Assembly (NCBI GenBank): GCA_035534255.1
Contig: DATLSI010000013.1
Coordinates: 60-64,059 of the forward strand
DNA from: Ktedonobacteraceae bacterium
GTDB taxonomy: Bacteria > Chloroflexota > Ktedonobacteria > Ktedonobacterales > Ktedonobacteraceae
DNA: 64,000 bases
Direction of reading: 5' to 3'
Of the stretch, positions 47,584 to 56,639 are shown one piece after another. The stretch's first letter is position 1, and each line of letters opens with the position of its first letter. Below the pieces are notes generated by a model. That model was not told the origin of the DNA, made no database searches, and worked only from the letters and a program-made list of their open reading frames with translations. The translations under genes were made by a program, and so were the position numbers.

Positions 47584-49716
47584 TTATACATCCAATTCCC
47601 TGATCTTGCGCGCATGATCCGCCAGGAATACGCGGCGCGCCTCAGCGTTTTCATCTTCCATCAATTCACCGACCAGCTTCGCGGCCAGCACGCCATCTTC
47701 CATCGTGACGCGCTTAAGAGTGCGGTGGCTCGGTTCAAACATGGTCTCGCGCAACTCCCTGGCGTTCATTTCGCCCAGACCTTTGAAGCGTTTGAATTCA
47801 AGGTCCTGCGCATCCTGCCGCGTTTTCAGGAATTGCAAACGTGCCTCGTCGTCGAGCAACCACGTCGTCTTGCCCCTGTACTTCACCGAGTACAATGGTG
47901 GGCAAGCAATGAAGACATGCCCGCGCTCGATAAGGTCGCTGAACTCCTGGTAGAAAAGCGTGAGCAATAGACATTGGATATGCAGGCCATCTACATCAGC
48001 ATCCGTCGCGATAATCACACGATGAAACTTCAAACGACCGATATCAAAAGAGTCACGCGTGCCGGTTCCGAGTACGTTAATGATGGTGCGTATCTCTTCG
48101 TTTTCCACGATACGTTTCAAATCGGCCTTGGCCACGTTGAGCGGCTTGCCTTTCAGCTTCAGGACAGCCTGGAAGTCGGAGAAACGTCCCTGACCAGCAC
48201 TTCCGCCGGCGGAGTCCCCTTCAACTATGAACAATTCGGCTCGCGAGGGGTCGTTGGTATTGCAGCGCAAAAACTTCTTCGAGAGCGTGGTATCGATCAA
48301 TTCGCCATTTTTCTTGTTGCCCGCTCGCGCCAGTTCTTCCACCAGTTGCGCCTCGTTGCGAGCTTTCTGCATTTGCAGGATGCGTTTGAGCCAGTCTTTA
48401 CCCGCGGAGGTGTTGCGCTCAAACCAGTCTTTCAGACCCTCGTCAGCCACGGAACGCACAATACCCTCGACCGGCGCGTTGTTCAAACGATCTTTAGTCT
48501 GCCCCTGAAACTGCGGATTGACGAGTTTCACGGAGATCACGACGTTCAGCCCCTGCTGGATGACCTCCGGCTTAAACCCATCTTTCTCGCGGCTCTTGAT
48601 CACGCCCCACTTCAGCGCGTAATCGTTGACAACTTTGGTGAGCGCGGCTTTGAAACCCGTCTCATGTACTCCGCCATCCCGCGTGCGCACCGCATTCGCG
48701 TAGCTATACATGGTAATTTTATAGCCGGTGGTTGGTTGCAGCGCGACCTCCACCTGCACTCCGTCTTTCTCTCTGGCAATGCCGATCACCTGCTTGAAAA
48801 GAGGAGCGTTCGTACCAGTAGCCAGTTCGCGCGCGTAGTCTGGAAGGCCCTCGCGCGAGTAGTAGATACGCTTGATCTGCTGTTCAGTATCATCATCCCA
48901 GGCATCCAGGTTAAAGGTAACACCACGATTAAGATAAGCGGCAGCCTTCAGGCGACTCTCAATCGCTTCGAGCGAGTAGTAGGCATCAGCGTCGAAAATG
49001 CCGCGATCATATAACCAGCGCAGACGCGTACCATGTAACTTTGGATCGCATAACAACACTTCATGCGGTAGAGCCGTGCCGCGACTGAAAACCTGCCGGA
49101 ACTCCTGGCCGTCTTTCCAGATCGTCAATTCAAGCTTTTCCGAGAGCGCGTTGATTACGGTTGAACCCACACCATGCAGTCCGCCAGCCGTCTTATAGAC
49201 CCCCTCTTCAAATTTACCGCCTGAGTGTGGAACCGTGAGAATAACCGTCGCGGCAGGCAAATATTCTCCCTGGTACAGCATCACGTCGAAAGGCATACCT
49301 CTGGCCTCGTCACGCACCGTCACCCAACCTTCGCGGTCAACACTCACCCAGATGTTCTTGCCGTAACCAGCAACCGCTTCATCAACGGCATTATCCAGCG
49401 CTTCCCAGATCAGGTGCAACAATCCCGTCGCCGAAGTCGAGCCGATATACATACCCGGCCTGTGGCGAATAGCCGCGATACCTTCGAGCACTTGAATATC
49501 GGCAGCTGAGTAACTTGTAGTGGACTGCTTCTTTGCTTTTGCCGCCGGCTTAGGCCCGCTTACAGGCGCAGCTTCCTTCGACGCATTATCTTCGTTCGGT
49601 TTTTTTGTGTTAAATAGTGAAAGTTGCCCTTGCAACTCTTGATCTTCTTGTATCGTGGTGGATAATTTGGCAGACCGCGCCATACTCCTATTCCCTCTTT
49701 TCACCTGGCTATTCAC
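47584..49716 (-). CDS. gyrB: type IIA DNA topoisomerase subunit B (GyrB/ParE family)
   Basis: Motifs LEGIAAIRHRPGMYIG, GGLHGVG, Toprim EGDSAGG and PLKGK. A Lys/Ala-rich N-terminal extension of about 65 aa. The stop is 2 nt before the subunit A start. Confidence 0.85.
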   Translation of the reverse strand: MNSQVKRGNRSMARSAKLSTTIQEDQELQGQLSLFNTKKPNEDNASKEAAPVSGPKPAAKAKKQSTTSYSAADIQVLEGIAAIRHRPGMYIGSTSATGLLHLIWEALDNAVDEAVAGYGKNIWVSVDREGWVTVRDEARGMPFDVMLYQGEYLPAATVILTVPHSGGKFEEGVYKTAGGLHGVGSTVINALSEKLELTIWKDGQEFRQVFSRGTALPHEVLLCDPKLHGTRLRWLYDRGIFDADAYYSLEAIESRLKAAAYLNRGVTFNLDAWDDDTEQQIKRIYYSREGLPDYARELATGTNAPLFKQVIGIAREKDGVQVEVALQPTTGYKITMYSYANAVRTRDGGVHETGFKAALTKVVNDYALKWGVIKSREKDGFKPEVIQQGLNVVISVKLVNPQFQGQTKDRLNNAPVEGIVRSVADEGLKDWFERNTSAGKDWLKRILQMQKARNEAQLVEELARAGNKKNGELIDTTLSKKFLRCNTNDPSRAELFIVEGDSAGGSAGQGRFSDFQAVLKLKGKPLNVAKADLKRIVENEEIRTIINVLGTGTRDSFDIGRLKFHRVIIATDADVDGLHIQCLLLTLFYQEFSDLIERGHVFIACPPLYSVKYRGKTTWLLDDEARLQFLKTRQDAQDLEFKRFKGLGEMNARELRETMFEPSHRTLKRVTMEDGVLAAKLVGELMEDENAEARRVFLADHARKIRELDV

Positions 49717-49936
49717 GTGTATTCAGCATACAGTGTTCTATTCTTCCTGTCAATAGCAATTTCGGTCAATTGTTCTACTCCCACAATGATGCTGGTTTGC
49801 CTCACCCTGAGAAGAAGGCGCGCAAAAAGCGTGATGCGAAGCATAATCGAGCGAGACCGCGCTCCACGCCAACCCAGATCGTGGAGCATCGGCTGCTGAA
49901 TTGCCAGGAGACCAACCAAAGGGGTAAAGGAGAAGC

Positions 49937-50599
49937 CTACATCGGTGCGAATGTGCGTGGAGTCGCCTCAACTAACAGCATCGGAACGAGCAAGACGTTG
50001 AAATCCCGCCTGCTGGTAATCTCGAAGCCGGCTGCCGACAACGTGCGAGCGGTATCGCGGTTCCAACGGCAGTTGCCATTCACCGCCCGCGAGATCGGCG
50101 TCATGATCGTCTGCACTCCAGCCAGAAAAGCGTTACGCGAGCGCACATGTTCGAGCAGGTAGAGCGTGCCAGCAGGCTTCAGCACGCGCAGAACTTCGCG
50201 GAAGCCGCGCAGGGGATCCTCAACGGAGCAGAAGACCAGCGTAACGACGACGCTGTCAAAGGTAGCGTCAGCGAACGGCAAGCTTTCGGCGGAGGCTTGC
50301 GTGAGATGAATGGGGACGCGCGCTCGCCTGAGATGATTGTTGGCATAACGCAGCATGGCGGCATCCGGCTCGGTCGCCTCGACGCGCTCGACCCTGGCTG
50401 GATCGTAGTAGGGGAAGTTCAAACCGTTGCCAGCGCCGACTTCCAGGACGACGCCCGCGGCCTTGCTCGCCGTTTTTTGACGCAAGGACCCCATGAAGTA
50501 GCTTTCGGCTACACCGCGAAACAGCGCTTCGTAAAGCGCGGAAAAGATGGGATGGTTAATCCTCGTTCGTTGATCGCTATCCTTGATTTGGCTCATCAT
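49937..50599 (-). CDS. class I SAM-dependent methyltransferase
   Basis: Motif I VLEVGAGNG and a Methyltransf_11-like layout. Start placed at MMSQIK (50599) to avoid overlapping the upstream gene; the track start is 50662. Confidence 0.8.
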   Translation of the reverse strand: MMSQIKDSDQRTRINHPIFSALYEALFRGVAESYFMGSLRQKTASKAAGVVLEVGAGNGLNFPYYDPARVERVEATEPDAAMLRYANNHLRRARVPIHLTQASAESLPFADATFDSVVVTLVFCSVEDPLRGFREVLRVLKPAGTLYLLEHVRSRNAFLAGVQTIMTPISRAVNGNCRWNRDTARTLSAAGFEITSRRDFNVLLVPMLLVEATPRTFAPM

Positions 50600-50616
50600 T
50601 TCTCTCACTAAACAGG

Positions 50617-50856
50617 TTATGCTTGCTGGCACATGCGCGCTTTTGCGCCTTGGATCGGGCACCCGAAAAGTGGGGCCAGGACACAGAGATCGAACACGCC
50701 GGCCAGGAATGGCACAAGCCCCACAACCGCAAGGATGGTTCCCACGACAGCGCTTCCTGCCGTAAGCAAGTAGACACCGGCCCCGATGATCGCCAGGCCA
50801 GCCACAATACGAAGAACGCGGCCAGGGCCGCTCGCCATAAATCGAATGAATGTCAT
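50617..50856 (-). CDS. DUF2892-like small membrane protein
   Basis: 79 aa. The N-terminal GRVLRIVAG pattern and two TM hairpin segments resemble YgaP C-terminal/DUF2892 proteins. Confidence 0.6.
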   Translation of the reverse strand: MTFIRFMASGPGRVLRIVAGLAIIGAGVYLLTAGSAVVGTILAVVGLVPFLAGVFDLCVLAPLFGCPIQGAKARMCQQA

Positions 50857-50975
50857 TGGTTTCTCCTTCTGCCTCTACAGGCAGCGATGCTCATTTCTGA
50901 AATCGACACTTACTGTTGAATACGCTGTTTCTTCCTATGCTTTGCCACCAGGGAATCAAACGTTTGCTGCTCTCG

Positions 50976-51233
50976 CTACTTCTGCTCCTGCTGGTCGAGG
51001 ATCGCCTGACTGATGCGCCTGGACAGATCGAGGATCGCGTCACGCGAAAGGGCAGGTCGCTGCTCCTGTCGCAGGTGCCGCTGCACCTCCACGAGGCTGG
51101 CATACAGCGGTGGACACGACGTGCAGTGCTGGAGGTGATCCTCGAGCGACTGGATGCGTTCCTGGTCGAGGTCGCCGTTCATGTAGTCCGACACCATCGA
51201 TCGCGCTTGCTGGCAGGTGAGTTCACGCATCAT
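50976..51233 (-). CDS. soluble ZAS (zf-HC2) anti-sigma factor, RsrA-like
   Basis: 86 aa with no TM segment. C7 plus H33-x3-C37-x2-C40. The start overlaps the sigma gene stop by 11 nt (51223-51233). Confidence 0.75.
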   Translation of the reverse strand: MMRELTCQQARSMVSDYMNGDLDQERIQSLEDHLQHCTSCPPLYASLVEVQRHLRQEQRPALSRDAILDLSRRISQAILDQQEQK

Positions 51234-51900
51234 CCTGCTTCTCCTTTCTCCGGCCTGGAGATGACCCTTTCTCCCCTGGTGAGAGCTGCTCTGCCTGGGC
51301 AGCCTCGTCCAGCAGCGTGACGAGCGCCATGCGCGCTCGTTGCAGGCGCGACTTGACCGTCGCGAGAGGAGCATCCATCAAAGTAGCCACTTCGGTCAAC
51401 TTCAGTCCATCTACCTCGTGAAGCAGCAGCGTGGCGCGATAGCTCGCCGGGAGTCGCTGTAATGCTTGTTCGATGATCTGCCGGCTCTCGAGGGCCAGTA
51501 CCACACGTTCGGGATCCACACTGTAGCGTTCATCGGCCCAGAGCTGATTGACGCGCGAGAACTCGACCGTGCGTTCGCGCACCTGCCTGCGGCGCAACTG
51601 GTCCCGGCAGGTGTTGAGCGCGATACGATAAAGCCATGTGGCAAAGCTTGCTGCGTTCCGAAACGTATTCAGGTGAGCATATGCGCGAATAAATGTCTCC
51701 TGCGCTGCATCCTCGGCCTCCTGGCTGTTCCCAAGCAAGCGCAGCGCGAGACCATAGATGCGGTCGGTATGACGAGTGACCAGCGTGGTGTAGAGCGAGG
51801 TATTGCCTGCCAGCACTCCGTCTACCAGCGTCTGGTCATCAAGCTCACTTTTCTCAAGCGTAGAAGTATGATGCTCATCGTTCATGTCTATACTATCCAT
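51223..51900 (-). CDS. ECF-type RNA polymerase sigma-70 factor
   Basis: Region 2 (DAAQETFIRAY, WLYRIALN) and region 4 HTH (LKLTEVATLMDAPLATVKSRLQRAR). Confidence 0.85.
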   Translation of the reverse strand: MDSIDMNDEHHTSTLEKSELDDQTLVDGVLAGNTSLYTTLVTRHTDRIYGLALRLLGNSQEAEDAAQETFIRAYAHLNTFRNAASFATWLYRIALNTCRDQLRRRQVRERTVEFSRVNQLWADERYSVDPERVVLALESRQIIEQALQRLPASYRATLLLHEVDGLKLTEVATLMDAPLATVKSRLQRARMALVTLLDEAAQAEQLSPGEKGSSPGRRKEKQDDA

Positions 51901-52103
51901 CGCCCACTCACTCGCGTGAAACCACGTTTCGTTTCTCAGCTTTCACGTCTAGTTAGACGCAGCATGCCATCAAAAAGATGCACGATCCGGTTGAATCTGC
52001 TTGCGGAAGTTCAGCGAATTGCGGAAGACGTCTGCTTTTACTCTCTGATCCGTACCTGGGTTTTCCTCCCAGGCGTAGAAACAAAGAGGAGTTTTGAACC
52101 TGC

Positions 52104-52529
52104 CTACGGCTCAAACTCGCTGTGCTCTCCCAAGGCCCACAGTTTCGCCCAGGCGAGCATGTGCGATCCCGAAGGAGGCAAGCTCCAGGTGTAGGGTTGG
52201 TCATGATCGCTACCTGCACCAAGCTCTACCTCCAACCGTCTCACTTCGATCAAACTCACACAGTGCTTGTCGTAGAGTTGATCTACAGTGATGGCGGTCG
52301 AAAGCAAACCCTGGTTGGCCCGACACAGCATCTCCTCCATCTGCTCTGGCGAGGTGGTTAAAAACACGCGGACGTTCTCCTTCGGCATACAACGATACAT
52401 ATTCAACAAGCCCAGCACCTGGTGAAACGAGGTGAGCGGGCTTGACTTCCAACGCCACATGGCTGACTCGCTCCCCCATATGGCAATTCGATAAAAGAAC
52501 ATATGACACCTTGCTTTCATTGGCAGCAC
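52104..52529 (-). CDS. hypothetical protein (weak call)
   Basis: Longest of several overlapping ORFs here. No family motif recognised. An internal ATG at 52502 has an AAGGTG-like RBS. Confidence 0.3.
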   Translation of the reverse strand: MLPMKARCHMFFYRIAIWGSESAMWRWKSSPLTSFHQVLGLLNMYRCMPKENVRVFLTTSPEQMEEMLCRANQGLLSTAITVDQLYDKHCVSLIEVRRLEVELGAGSDHDQPYTWSLPPSGSHMLAWAKLWALGEHSEFEP

Positions 52530-52760
52530 TGAGAGCGACCAGCACCGGGCATCTCCTCTTGCTGTTCAGCGTTCATACTTGTGACATGAGCAGGCCATAG
52601 TTCAATGGTGGTAACCTGGCCCTGGATAGCCTGACATGTAGGGTTCATTCAGCAACCAGCACTGTAAATTTTGTTGTAACACGAGTTAGACGAGTAGCAG
52701 AACTGTTTTTAGAGGGGAGAGTTGTATCCCAATTGGTGAAGCCGAGGTTTTTCAGTCGCC

Positions 52761-53654
52761 TTACAGGCTATTCTCGACGCGCTGCAAAAAATCAAGCACC
52801 GTCTGCATATACCGTTCAGACTCTTCAACGTGTGCCAGGTGAGAGCTATTTTGCAGCAGCACCCATTCTGAACCAGCAATACCCGTGCGCAAGATTTCGT
52901 TGAGGGCGGGAGTGGACTCGTCGTACAGGCCGGAAATAATCAGGGTAGGCACGCGGATTTCAGGCAGCCGTTCAGTACGATCCCAATCCTTAATCACCCC
53001 GATAATGTGGAACTCGCTGGGACCATTCATGTAGTTATAGACATAACCGATCTGGTCGAAGGCGCGTTGTACATACTCTGGTAAGGGTTTCACACGGCAA
53101 ACATGCCTGTCATAGAATACCTGCACAGCCTGTAAGTATTCTTCGCTGTCGGTTGTGCCTGCTTCCTCGTGGCGTATAAGCGCGGCATTCACCTCCGCTG
53201 TTAATTGCTCGCGCAGGCGGCTGGCCTCGGCTACCCACATCGGTATACTGGACGTGGTATTCGCCAGGATCAGGCTTACCAGACCGGCAGGTTGCCGCAG
53301 CGCGTACTCTTGCGCGAGCATACCTCCCCACGACTGTCCCAGGATATGCACGCGTTCAAGCCCAAGTTCGTCACGCACCGTCTGCAACTCGTCGGCGAAA
53401 CGCGCCACATAGCAGAGCGCGGGATCGTCGGGTTGATCCGAGCGGCCACAACCCAGTTGATCGTAGAAGATGACACGGCGCGTATCGCTGGCCAACGCTT
53501 CCAGGTTCTCCAGGTAATCATGAGGCGCGCCCGGCCCGCCATGCAGAATCAGAAGCGGCGTTTTCTCTTCTGCTCCGCCGCCGCCAACCATACGATACCA
53601 GACACGATATCCGTCTACTGGAATATAGCCCTCACGCGTGTGCAGACTCATCAT
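52761..53654 (-). CDS. proline iminopeptidase-family alpha/beta hydrolase
   Basis: Oxyanion motif HGGPG, nucleophile elbow GQSWGG, and a C-terminal His context (SSHLAH). Confidence 0.85.
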   Translation of the reverse strand: MMSLHTREGYIPVDGYRVWYRMVGGGGAEEKTPLLILHGGPGAPHDYLENLEALASDTRRVIFYDQLGCGRSDQPDDPALCYVARFADELQTVRDELGLERVHILGQSWGGMLAQEYALRQPAGLVSLILANTTSSIPMWVAEASRLREQLTAEVNAALIRHEEAGTTDSEEYLQAVQVFYDRHVCRVKPLPEYVQRAFDQIGYVYNYMNGPSEFHIIGVIKDWDRTERLPEIRVPTLIISGLYDESTPALNEILRTGIAGSEWVLLQNSSHLAHVEESERYMQTVLDFLQRVENSL

Positions 53655-53896
53655 GATTGTTCCTTCTTCGTCGCCGCGTGATTGTCCATGAAAGCAGCAA
53701 GATACGCCACCGGATAGTTACGAATTTCGCCCTTCTCAATACTTTCCTTTGTCATCCGTTCAACCTCGACAAAGGGTTCATTGCCTGCTGATTTGACCCG
53801 GTCATCAAGTTCGTAGGAAACACCGATTTGTTGTAGCACCTTGAACTTGTCTGGATGCTGAAGCCCCCATTCGATATAGCGTGATGGCGGCATCAT
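53651..53896 (-). pseudogene. TetR-family regulator remnant (C-terminal ligand domain only; HTH missing)
   Basis: YIEWGLQHPDKFKVLQQ..EKGEIRNYPVAYLAAF resembles TetR_C helices. No N-terminal HTH is encoded. The 4-nt ATGA overlap with the downstream hydrolase gene is preserved. Confidence 0.5.
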
Positions 53897-54119
53897 TTTA
53901 TTGCACGACGGCGGTGGATACCGCGCCCAGACAGTCGCCGCGCTACCCACAATTATCACTGCTCTGCGTCAACGTGGTTACAGCTTAGTGACGATCCCAC
54001 AATTGCTACACGATATGGCTTCAACCGCACAAACTCCATCTGTTCGACCAACAAGTGCCATGAGCGCCACGGCACTTATGCCTATCCTCGTGGCATGGAA
54101 GCAACCTTCGCCGGCATGA
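53880..54119 (+). pseudogene. polysaccharide deacetylase C-terminal remnant
   Basis: GGIILLHDGGGYRAQTVAALPTIITALRQRGYSLVTIPQLL is the typical extreme C-terminus of NodB-type deacetylases. The frame is closed by a stop at 53877-53879, so the catalytic domain is absent. Confidence 0.65.
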
Positions 54120-54178
54120 TATAATATCTATGTCGAGGCACCCTACACTCTATTTTCGCTGAAGGTGGTGGCAAGAGC

Positions 54179-54934
54179 ATGGCGCGTATGGAAGATGTTG
54201 AGTTCAAAGAGCGGCTCTTTCTAAAAGGATATCCATTTAGCCACTACAGTCCGCGCCCAGGCGACCCCAGAGCAAACGCGGTGACTCCTCTACGCAAACC
54301 GCTCTCTGCATGCATCGTTGCACTGGTAACAACAGCGGGGCTGAGCCTACCGGAGCAACCACCTTTCGATCTCACCATTAGAAATGGCGATAGCTCATTT
54401 CGCGAAATTCCTTCCGACATCTCACCACAACTCCTGGAAATGAACCAGCGCAGCTGGTCGTTCGACCAGACAGGCATATTGCGCGACCGCAACCTTACTT
54501 TTCCTCTCGACCGCCTGCGAGAAATGCAGCAGCGAGGGGAAATTGGCGCGCTCTCCCCCCATAGCTATAGCTTCATGGGTTCAATCGTGGGACCATCCAG
54601 ACTGATGACAGAGTCAGCCCCCGCAGTAGCACGGCGGCTCAAAGCTGACAACGTCGATGTTGTGCTGCTGACGCCTGTTTGACCCATGTGCAATCAGTCC
54701 GTGGGATTGATACAGCGCCAGATTGAATATACCGGCATCACAACGGTTTCCATTTCGTTGTTACGCGAGATAACCGAGAAAACTCGCCCTCCACGCGCCC
54801 TCTTTGTTCCTTACCCGTTGGGCTATCCGCTCGGCGAACCCAATAACGCTGATCTCCAGACGCGCATCATACAAGCCGCCTTCGCGCTCCTTCCGCGCAA
54901 CGATTGCCCGGTGCTGGAAACATTTACCCCGTAG
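54179..54934 (+). CDS. GrdB-family (glycine/sarcosine/betaine reductase selenoprotein B-like) protein with in-frame UGA (candidate Sec; UxxC)
   Basis: Track ORFs 54179..54682 and 54686..54934 share one frame, split only by TGA 54680-54682. The joined 251-aa product reads VDVVLLTPV-U-PMCNQSVGL...PPRALFVPYPLGYPLG, as in GrdB-like proteins I recall. Confidence 0.6.
54683..54709 (+). promoter_or_regulatory. candidate SECIS-like hairpin immediately 3' of the UGA
   Basis: Either CCCAUG (54683-54688) pairs with CGUGGG (54700-54705), or CAAUC (54691-54695) pairs with GAUUG (54705-54709). The stems are short and no model was applied. Confidence 0.3.
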
Positions 54935-54943
54935 AGGCCAGCT

Positions 54944-56139
54944 TCAGATCCTGTGATCCAGATCTTTCCAGTAAGCCTCTCGAATGCGTGTCTTGAGCAG
55001 TTTCCCGGCTGGATTGCGTGGGAGTTCATCAACGAAGTCAACCGAACGGAGCTTCTTGTAACTGGCAAGCTGTTCAGTGCAATAGGTTATCAGTTCCTCC
55101 TCGCTGGCGTTGGCCCCCGGTCTGAGGGAGACAACCGCCTTCACTGACTCGCCCCAGTGCGCATCGGGAACGCCGATCACGGCTACGTCAAGGACAGCCG
55201 GGTGCGCGCTCAGCACGGCCTCGATTTCTGCCGGGTAAATGTTCGCGCCACCCGAAATAATCATATCTATCTTGCGGTCACAGATAAAGTAGTAGCCTTC
55301 GGAATCGCGATAGGCGATATCGCCAACCGAAAAAAACCCGTCCCGCATGCTTCTAGCCGTGGCTTCGGGCTTCTTAAAATACTGGGCCAGCGCTTCATTG
55401 CGCACCCAGATCTCTCCCGGCATGCCATCGGGAACCAGTTCGCCTGCTTCGTTGAGCAGGCGAATCTCCTGGCCTGGCGCAATTGTGCCACAGGAGCCGG
55501 ACTTTCAGCAAGCTCGTATGCCTGTACGATTGCAAGAATATTCGCAAGAGAAATCCCTTTCGGACGGTACGCGCCTTTGGGATTCCCCGTCGTCCCTGAT
55601 GTATAACTCATCGTGCTGCCGAGTGACCCTTTGCCCAGAGGCATCTCCTCACCGGCGTCTCGCACTACCTCTTCGTATCGCAGCCAGCCCGCAGGCGCTT
55701 CTCCGCCAATAGCAACAAATGTTGGCGATCCCGGCATCTCAGCCCGTGCTCTATCAACCACATCCACCAGTTCTGGAGCGACGAATACCACTTTGGCTTC
55801 GCTGTCATTCAGTACATAGGTTACTTCACGCTCGCGCAAGCGATAGTTGACAGGTACCAGAATTGCACTAATCTTTGAAGCAGCAGCCCCAATTTCGATT
55901 CCTTCGAGCGAGTTATAGACCATAACAGCAATCCTATCACCCGCGTTCGCGCCCAGTTTCCGCAGAACATTGGCAACTCGGTTGGCGCGGGCATTCAAAG
56001 CTGCATAGGTAAGCGATCGTTCGCCGCAAATTAACGCGAGCTTGTCAGGACGCGCGGCTGCCTGCATCGAAAAGACATCGATGGCTGGAGCCTGTGCGGG
56101 AACTTTATCCTGGCCTGCATTACTTCGCTGTTCTTGCAC
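54944..56139 (-). pseudogene. AMP-dependent acyl-CoA synthetase/ligase, internally deleted and frameshifted
   Basis: The N-terminal part (to YTSGTTGNPKGA, ORF 55267..56139) and the C-terminal part (GSCGTIAPGQEIRL..GEIWVRN..GDIAYRDSEGYYFICDRKIDMIISGG, frame of 54944..55423) lie in different frames. The junction is near 55490-55510. About 130-150 aa of the central domain is missing. Confidence 0.75.
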
Positions 56140-56261
56140 GGCATATTCTCCTTCTGTCTCGCCGGTTTGTTTGTACTGAAAGCAGAAAAGTGATACAATG
56201 CTATTGCAACCCCAAACAGGCGCTAATCGTATTCAATCTAACCACAATTCGAGATAACATT

Positions 56262-56600
56262 ATGAACAACTTTATCACATATATCTATCTAGCCCTGGCA
56301 GGAGCGGTAATTGTCGCCCTATTCATTGCATACCAGATGCGTAAAGAGCGCTGGCTCGAGACCAGAGGAAAACGCATAGTCGCGGAGGTTACAGACGTAA
56401 AGCACGACAAGCGGCGAGCCTCGACTGGTGTGTTTCACGATTTTTACTCGGTGACTGCCATCTGGACCAATCCTCAGACTGGACATACTTATACTTTCTG
56501 GAAGTATATCTTCGATCAAGACCCGCACTTCACACCCGGCGCGCTGGTGTCTGTCATGATTGACCCGCACAACCCACACCGCTACGAGATCCAGATTTGA
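56262..56600 (+). CDS. DUF3592-like membrane-anchored protein
   Basis: N-terminal TM (IYLALAGAVIVALFIAY) followed by a beta-rich domain. Start set at ATG 56262. Confidence 0.6.
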   Translation: MNNFITYIYLALAGAVIVALFIAYQMRKERWLETRGKRIVAEVTDVKHDKRRASTGVFHDFYSVTAIWTNPQTGHTYTFWKYIFDQDPHFTPGALVSVMIDPHNPHRYEIQI

Positions 56601-56639
56601 CAACGGACAGCACCAACCTGCCCGCCTGAAGAAAAACCG

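Noticed and set aside
51946-51959. Palindrome CGTCTA-GT-TAGACG upstream of the ECF sigma gene, considered as an ECF -10 (CGTCTA) autoregulatory promoter
   Set aside because: No GGAAC/GAAAC-type -35 element lies at 16-17 nt on the minus strand. A second partial copy (GTTAGACG near 52685) is only a half-site. It may be an operator, but the evidence is insufficient.
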